A stretch of 63,886 nt of DNA, filler included, from Acidimicrobiia bacterium (lineage in GTDB: Bacteria; Actinomycetota; Acidimicrobiia; Spongiisociales; JAHEDJ01): assembly GCA_029210695.1 (NCBI GenBank). It is 3 parts of 3 records of this genome, joined end to end, with 100 filler letters (N's around TTAATTAATTAA, not from the genome) between each part and the next. Parts side by side here need not be neighbours in the genome. Positions count along the whole stretch, not along the records: positions 47,180 to 63,886 come from JARGFH010000071.1; 2 more parts are not named here. The stretch is one strand, 5' to 3'. A model generated the notes under the pieces. The model worked only from the letters and a program-made list of their open reading frames with translations. It did not search any database and was not told the origin of the DNA. Both the position numbers and the translations under genes were made by a program. Each line of letters begins with the position of its first letter. Position 1 is the first letter of the stretch. Shown here one piece after another: positions 58,477 to 63,886 of the stretch.

Positions 58477-60290
58477 GGTTCGACCCTCACGAACGGAACG
58501 ATCATCTCGTCGAAGCTCAAACCGCCGTGGGTCACCCTCACACCATGGCGCATGCCATCCCTTCCCCAAGGGAATAATGCAAAATGACTTCCGGCGGGCA
58601 TGCCCGGAGGGTCCCACATGTCGCCTTCGGCTTTCGACTGCTCCCGCAAAGCCTCGGTTGGATACAGCCGAACTCGAGTTCCGACCAGGTCCACGGCGAG
58701 ACCTTCCATCGGGCGGCCGGACGGAACCACCTCAACGCCTCCGTGGTCGGCGGTGAACCAGACCTCGAAGCCGTCTCCGGACGCCCCTTCGACCAGCTCC
58801 CGGACGAAACCGTGCTTCAGCCAAGTCTGAACGTTGGCAGCGAACTGGGCCTCGCCCAGCATCTCGGATGTGTGCATCAATTCATCTATCGCTCTCACAA
58901 CAACTCCCACTACTTGCTCGGTGGGAAAGCGCGGCACCTCGATCGCCTGGATGCCCTCAATATTCTTATACCCGACGGATGTGACAGAAACGCCCTCGTT
59001 CTCCCAAAAGTGCCGCCACATGGCGCCCTCTTTCTTCGTATCTCCGAAACAATCAGAGAAGGTAAGCGGCAACGCACCGGCGAAGATCGCCTGACGGGAA
59101 ATCGGCGTGAGACTCGGGGCCATCGCCAGCACTCCGGAGGCATCGACGACCTTGAGGCCCGCTTCTCGCCTCAGCAACGACCAGCTCGAGAAGCCCATCC
59201 CATCGAAGACGACAAGCATGACCCGCTTGGCGTGGCCATCTCGCAGACGCCGGGCCAGATAGGGTGCGATCTTGTTGATCGTCTGCGGCCGGCCCGCCGA
59301 GCTGGTGAGCAACTTCCCGAAAGCGTTGTGAAGGAACTCACGGAATGCGTCGTCCCACGGTTGCCATGCCGCCCAGGACGCCCCTGACAGATCGGCGGTG
59401 TCGGGGGCACCCAGTGAGATCGCCAAACGAACCTCACCCCACCACTCAGCCAGGCGCAGCCATCCGGCGAGATCGACGGGTGCGCCTTCCATCGGCGGAC
59501 TCGCCAGCAGCGACTCAGCCACAGATGGCCACCCTGGATGGCTCACGCCAGCAACTGCCCACGCCGGAATCGACCGCTCCGCCAACACCGGCGAGAGCAT
59601 GCCGATGTGAAACAGCGCAGCAATGCGCGGTCCGATCCGCTCAAACAGCTCAGCCCATTCCGAGTCCGGTCCGCCGGCAACCCACGCTTCCCAGGCTGTT
59701 TGCAGTTGAGAGACATCGGGCGGGTCGAGCGCTAGGCCAGCCGCCAACGGATCGCGCAAACGATCGGCTATCACCGGCCACAACTCGGTCGGAACGGTCG
59801 GATCGGTACGCAGCCGAACGACCGCATCGAGCTCAGCGACTACCGATCCGCCGCCTGGCGGAAGCCGGACACCCCAAACCGCCTCCAACACCCGTCCCAA
59901 TGGATCGGCACCACCGGCGGCCGCTACCGCGACATCCTGAACCTCCTCTGGAAGCGCCAACACGACCGATCGGACCGGATCAGCCATAGCCAGCCGCACC
60001 CGTCCTACGTCTGCCCGCTGCTCGATGTCGAAAGGCAGCTGTCGAGGCTCTCGGAAATCATCAGACTGGACCACCATTACGAGCGGACGATCATCTAGCG
60101 GTCGGTGGCGACCTTCGATCTCGTACGACCGGCGCATCTCAAGCCAGTCAGATATGACGACGACATCCCCAACATCCGCCAGGTCAACCAGATCGGCCTC
60201 ACCAAGCACCCGATCCGGGTCGAGCACGATACGAATCGACGCCACCCCGCCAAGCACGGCGCCAAGCCGACTCGTCACCCACTTCCTCAC
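58473..60290 (-). CDS. pglZ: BREX-3 alkaline phosphatase-like PglZ
   Basis: VLDPD, LPFDI, VVFDGMG, PSLTPISRQAIFAG, TADHG, HGGLSFDEMIVPF motifs. Confidence 0.9.
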   Translation of the reverse strand: MRKWVTSRLGAVLGGVASIRIVLDPDRVLGEADLVDLADVGDVVVISDWLEMRRSYEIEGRHRPLDDRPLVMVVQSDDFREPRQLPFDIEQRADVGRVRLAMADPVRSVVLALPEEVQDVAVAAAGGADPLGRVLEAVWGVRLPPGGGSVVAELDAVVRLRTDPTVPTELWPVIADRLRDPLAAGLALDPPDVSQLQTAWEAWVAGGPDSEWAELFERIGPRIAALFHIGMLSPVLAERSIPAWAVAGVSHPGWPSVAESLLASPPMEGAPVDLAGWLRLAEWWGEVRLAISLGAPDTADLSGASWAAWQPWDDAFREFLHNAFGKLLTSSAGRPQTINKIAPYLARRLRDGHAKRVMLVVFDGMGFSSWSLLRREAGLKVVDASGVLAMAPSLTPISRQAIFAGALPLTFSDCFGDTKKEGAMWRHFWENEGVSVTSVGYKNIEGIQAIEVPRFPTEQVVGVVVRAIDELMHTSEMLGEAQFAANVQTWLKHGFVRELVEGASGDGFEVWFTADHGGVEVVPSGRPMEGLAVDLVGTRVRLYPTEALREQSKAEGDMWDPPGMPAGSHFALFPWGRDGMRHGVRVTHGGLSFDEMIVPFVRVEP

Positions 60291-62728
60291 GTCGTCACCT
60301 TGACGATCATTCGCGGAGTCACGACCGGGGCGCGCCAACCACCATCGGGGCGCAAGTCTTGGCATGCCCGGTAGGCGAAGTCCCGGCCCTTCATCTCAAG
60401 TTCCATGCGCAGTGTCTGATCCAGAACAGCCGTGCCGTTGAATGGTATTTGACGTTCGGCGAGCTGTATCCACATTCGCTCAGCCAGGTCGGGTCGCACG
60501 GATCCGTCCTCTGTCAGATACAGCGCCACGAAGTCTCGATCCGGGCCGGACCCGTCGGGTTTGACCTCCCACAGACTCCAGATGCCCCGCGTATCCCCGG
60601 CCACAACCGGCACCGCTTCTACGTGCGGGCTCTCCGACATTTCGTCGAGGATCTGCCCGATGCCGTCGGCTCGCCGCCCGCTCCACTCTTCGTATCGAAC
60701 GTAGGCCAGCTCAGCCCACTGCGCTGCGTCCGACCGTTTTGGCGTCGGAAGAGTTTGACCGGCCACCAGGCTGCGGAATGTCTCCTCGCCCTCAATCGCC
60801 AATCGAGCCTGTTCCTCCATCTCGTCGGTTTCGGTGTCGAGTTGGTCGGGATCTGTGATCGCAGCCACAAACAGCTGCTCAAGCGACCGATTGGATCCAA
60901 CCGTCTCCAGTATGTCGTCTCGTTTGTCGACTCCGAGCTGAGCAAGAATCGTGGCCAGCTTCTTCTCAAAGATCGTCAACACTCGCTCGTCTATCGAGTT
61001 TTCCATGACCAGGTTGAACGCTCGTACGGCGTGTTTCTGGCCGATCCGGTCCACCCGGCCGATCCGCTGTTCCACTCTCATCGGATTCCACGGCAGGTCG
61101 TAGTTGACAACCACATGGGCGAACTGAAGGTTGATGCCCTCGCCGCCGGCGTCGGTCGACACCAGAACCCGGGCATCGGTTCGAAACTCCTCTTGGGCGA
61201 TCCGTCGCTCTTCAAGATCAAGTCCCCCGTGAATGGACGCTGCGGCGACACCAGCCTGATCGAGGAGATCGAGAAGCATGTCTTGCGTCGCCACGAACTG
61301 CGTGAACACAACGAGTTTGAGCGATGGGTCGGATTCGTCGCGTTGCAGAGTGCGCAGCAAATCGAGGAGGTGCCGCGCCTTCGCGTCGGGGCCTTCGGCA
61401 ATCGCCCGCCGTGCGAGGTCGATGAGGATCTCGACCTCGGCTCGTTCATTTCCCCAGGCCGCACCTTTCGCCTGTTCCAATGCGGCGACTTGTTCTTCAC
61501 CGGTCAGGTCGCCCCATACTTCGGATCCTTCCGGGAAGAACCGGAGTTGGGCCTCGAACACCATGGCTGCTAGTCGGCGTTCGAGCGCGTCGTGCACTGC
61601 GGCCGTGCTTGAAGATGCCAGGCGCTGCATGAGTAGGAGGAGAAGGATGGCCCCGCCGCCACCTTCCCTCGTTGCCGCCTCGTAGCCGTGACGAACGTAT
61701 TCGGTGACGGCTTCGTATAGGCGCCGTTCGACCTGTCGGTCGCCATACGGCACCTGCTCGAGAGACGTGGTTCGGGGTAGGAACAGGGGTCGCCCCGACT
61801 GATCGACTGCCGACCGCTTCTCTGATCGAACCAGGTAGGGGCCGACGGTCGCCGTGGTCAACGGGATCGCATCAAGGAACCGCTTGTCGACCAAGCTCAG
61901 CAGCCGTGCGAACGCATCGGATTTTCCCGAGTGCGGGGTGGCCGACAGCAACAGCAGATGCCGGCATCGCTGTGAAAGAACACTCGCCAGCTCGTGACGA
62001 GCCACTCCTGGGGTGGCACCGGCCGCATGATGGGCTTCATCGATGATCACGAGGTCCCATTCGGCGTCGACGAGGCGTTCGAATCGCTCTTCATTACGAC
62101 GATCAATCTCCGCCGGATCCACTCCGGGCCGGTACCCGAGCGGCTTCACCGAATCGATGGAGCAGACCACCCGATCAAAAGCTCTCCACGGGTTGATACC
62201 AACATCGACTGGTACGCCCGATGGCCCGACGAGGGCGAACTCCTCGCCGAAACGGTCTCGCATCTCCGCTACCCATTGGAGTTGCACGCCTTTCGGGGCC
62301 ACCACCAGCACCCGATTGACCCGGCGTCGGGCTTTGAGTTCCGTGTAGATGAGCCCAGCCTCGATGGTCTTCCCGAGCCCTACTTCATCGGCCAGCAGCA
62401 GGCGGATCGGATCAACCGAGAGTGCTCGGTCGAGAACAGCCAACTGGTGTGGAAGCGGGTCAAGCAGACCCCGGGCGAGAGCCACCGGCTCACCCCGAGC
62501 CATGAGGTGCCCGGCTCGTGCGGCCGCAGATCGCCAAGCGACCTCGTCGGTCGACCAATCGCGCCGTCCCGGATCGAGCAGCTCTTCGACGGGTATCCAC
62601 TGCGGCGCTCCGTCAGCTGTCAGTGCTTCGACCGACTGGCGCCCCCAAAGCTCAGTCGAAGAGAGGATCCGGACGGTCTGCTTGGCAGTAGGCCAATACG
62701 CCCATCCACCAGGCTCGGCGCTGATCAT
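60287..62728 (-). CDS. brxHII: SNF2-like helicase BrxHII
   Basis: PLPHQ, LADEVGLGKT, DEAHH, SATPH, GGEGINLQ, EQRIGRVDRIGQ; lies between the MTase and pglZ. Confidence 0.85.
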   Translation of the reverse strand: MISAEPGGWAYWPTAKQTVRILSSTELWGRQSVEALTADGAPQWIPVEELLDPGRRDWSTDEVAWRSAAARAGHLMARGEPVALARGLLDPLPHQLAVLDRALSVDPIRLLLADEVGLGKTIEAGLIYTELKARRRVNRVLVVAPKGVQLQWVAEMRDRFGEEFALVGPSGVPVDVGINPWRAFDRVVCSIDSVKPLGYRPGVDPAEIDRRNEERFERLVDAEWDLVIIDEAHHAAGATPGVARHELASVLSQRCRHLLLLSATPHSGKSDAFARLLSLVDKRFLDAIPLTTATVGPYLVRSEKRSAVDQSGRPLFLPRTTSLEQVPYGDRQVERRLYEAVTEYVRHGYEAATREGGGGAILLLLLMQRLASSSTAAVHDALERRLAAMVFEAQLRFFPEGSEVWGDLTGEEQVAALEQAKGAAWGNERAEVEILIDLARRAIAEGPDAKARHLLDLLRTLQRDESDPSLKLVVFTQFVATQDMLLDLLDQAGVAAASIHGGLDLEERRIAQEEFRTDARVLVSTDAGGEGINLQFAHVVVNYDLPWNPMRVEQRIGRVDRIGQKHAVRAFNLVMENSIDERVLTIFEKKLATILAQLGVDKRDDILETVGSNRSLEQLFVAAITDPDQLDTETDEMEEQARLAIEGEETFRSLVAGQTLPTPKRSDAAQWAELAYVRYEEWSGRRADGIGQILDEMSESPHVEAVPVVAGDTRGIWSLWEVKPDGSGPDRDFVALYLTEDGSVRPDLAERMWIQLAERQIPFNGTAVLDQTLRMELEMKGRDFAYRACQDLRPDGGWRAPVVTPRMIVKVTT

Positions 62729-63886
62729 GACGGTGCGAGGCGGCGGGCGTTGTCGTAGTAGTAGAGAAGCGCCTCGTCCTCGACAAACGCGTCGTCGGGC
62801 AGACGCTTGCCCACGGCGACGATGATCGCGAAGTCCCGACGAGCCCACGCCTCCTTGAACCCGGCCCGCACCGCCTCGGACCGGAACCGATCCAACCGGC
62901 CCTTCCCCTCCCGATACGCCTCAAACTCCTTCAGCAACGAACGAGTACGCAACTTCTCCAAATCCTCCGACTTCTTCGGATCCGGCACATACCACCGCCC
63001 CGCACCATCCTGCAGAAACGACTCGTCCAAAAGGGCCCTCAACTCAGGTAGCGCCTCCCACTCCGGCAGACCCGCCTGCAACTCACCAAAGAACACCGGC
63101 TGAATCTCCGCATACGGACGAGGCTTACGCTTTAACAGCTGCCGCAGCCACTGCACCGCCGACTGCTCATTCGTGATAAACAGCTCGGCCTGAATCAGGT
63201 CCTTGACCGTCATCCGATGCCGTTCATACCCCTCAACCTGTTCGGAGAGGAAGTACATGTCATCCCGGACAGGGAACCGCTGCTCCAACCCTGAGTAGAA
63301 CTCGGCTGCGGTCAAGGGAACCGTCACCCCCCGATGCACGTGATAAGCCACCATCCGGTCATAGAGCCGATCAGCCATACGCTCCCGAACCACCCGCACC
63401 TCACCACGCACACCCTCAGACACTGCAAGGTGCGACAAATGCTCCCGAACAAACTCCCACGCACCATCCACTGTGCCCGCCACCAAAGAAAACCGCTCTT
63501 CGGTCTCCGATGACGGCTTGTAGGCAGAAATAATCAAGTCCCGCTTCACAGCATTCTTCGCTACTAGCTGCTGAAAGGTTCCTTGTTTCTTATCAAATAT
63601 CCGGGTGTCTGCGACCACGAACCCCACATTCGACAACGACTCTTGAATGGCAAGCCACACAGCGGATTGGGAGTTTGAGAACTCGACCGTCATCCACCGC
63701 CCGGGTTTCAGCACTCGATACAGTTCGGCGAAACAGGCTCCCATCAGTGACTGGTACTCAGGAAGCGTTCTCGGGACCACCTTGCTCTCATTGACAATGG
63801 CTTCCTGGTCGGTGTTTTCACGCACCCGATGCCAGGATTCATTCAGCAGCGCCAAGTCTGAGTAGTACTTATTGTGGCCGAACGGA
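62725..63886 (-). CDS. pglXI: BREX-3 DNA methyltransferase PglXI, 3' part (runs off the window)
   Basis: PFGHNKYYSDL at the window edge (probably the end of a DPPF motif), YRVLKPGRWMTVEF, DLIISAYK, EAVRAGFK. Confidence 0.85.
   Translation of the reverse strand, partial: PFGHNKYYSDLALLNESWHRVRENTDQEAIVNESKVVPRTLPEYQSLMGACFAELYRVLKPGRWMTVEFSNSQSAVWLAIQESLSNVGFVVADTRIFDKKQGTFQQLVAKNAVKRDLIISAYKPSSETEERFSLVAGTVDGAWEFVREHLSHLAVSEGVRGEVRVVRERMADRLYDRMVAYHVHRGVTVPLTAAEFYSGLEQRFPVRDDMYFLSEQVEGYERHRMTVKDLIQAELFITNEQSAVQWLRQLLKRKPRPYAEIQPVFFGELQAGLPEWEALPELRALLDESFLQDGAGRWYVPDPKKSEDLEKLRTRSLLKEFEAYREGKGRLDRFRSEAVRAGFKEAWARRDFAIIVAVGKRLPDDAFVEDEALLYYYDNARRLAPS

Overview
High-GC actinobacterial DNA (gene content suggests Acidimicrobiia; inferred). 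It consists of three segments joined by 100-nt N spacers carrying TTAATTAATTAA (23628-23727, 47080-47179), so adjacency across the gaps is unproven. Segment 1 (1-23627) holds a menaquinone cluster (menE/B/A/H/D/F), a DosR/DosS-like two-component system with Dos-type boxes, and a sulfide/persulfide operon (HTH-PocR regulator, SQR, DUF1641, TusE-like, DsrE-like) whose promoter has a 9-bp TGC periodic array. It also holds an ABC transporter with a frameshifted permease, a hidden GrdB/PrdB-like selenoprotein (UGA read-through, UxxC) and a HIT gene cut by an IS21-like end. Segment 2 (23728-47079) holds gene relics, rarD, an S8 protease with a 17-Trp pentapeptide tail, asnS, AmmeMemoRadiSam genes, rsgA with a candidate leader peptide, a tandem 5'-nucleotidase, a second hidden selenoprotein (peroxiredoxin-like, W-U-P-Y-C, probable ATT start), pncA/pncB and an FtsH-like AAA gene cut by another IS21-like end. 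Segment 3 (47180-63886) is a defence island: an RqlH/RqlI-like RecQ-PRTase plus DprA pair, an Azaca-like trio (DUF6361-PLD-helicase) and the 3' part of a type 3 BREX locus (pglXI-brxHII-pglZ-brxA). A dispersed palindromic heptamer element (3 copies) and many leaderless or bidirectional promoters are also visible. No rRNA, tRNA or CRISPR array was recognised. All family assignments come from motif recognition by eye, not from database searches.
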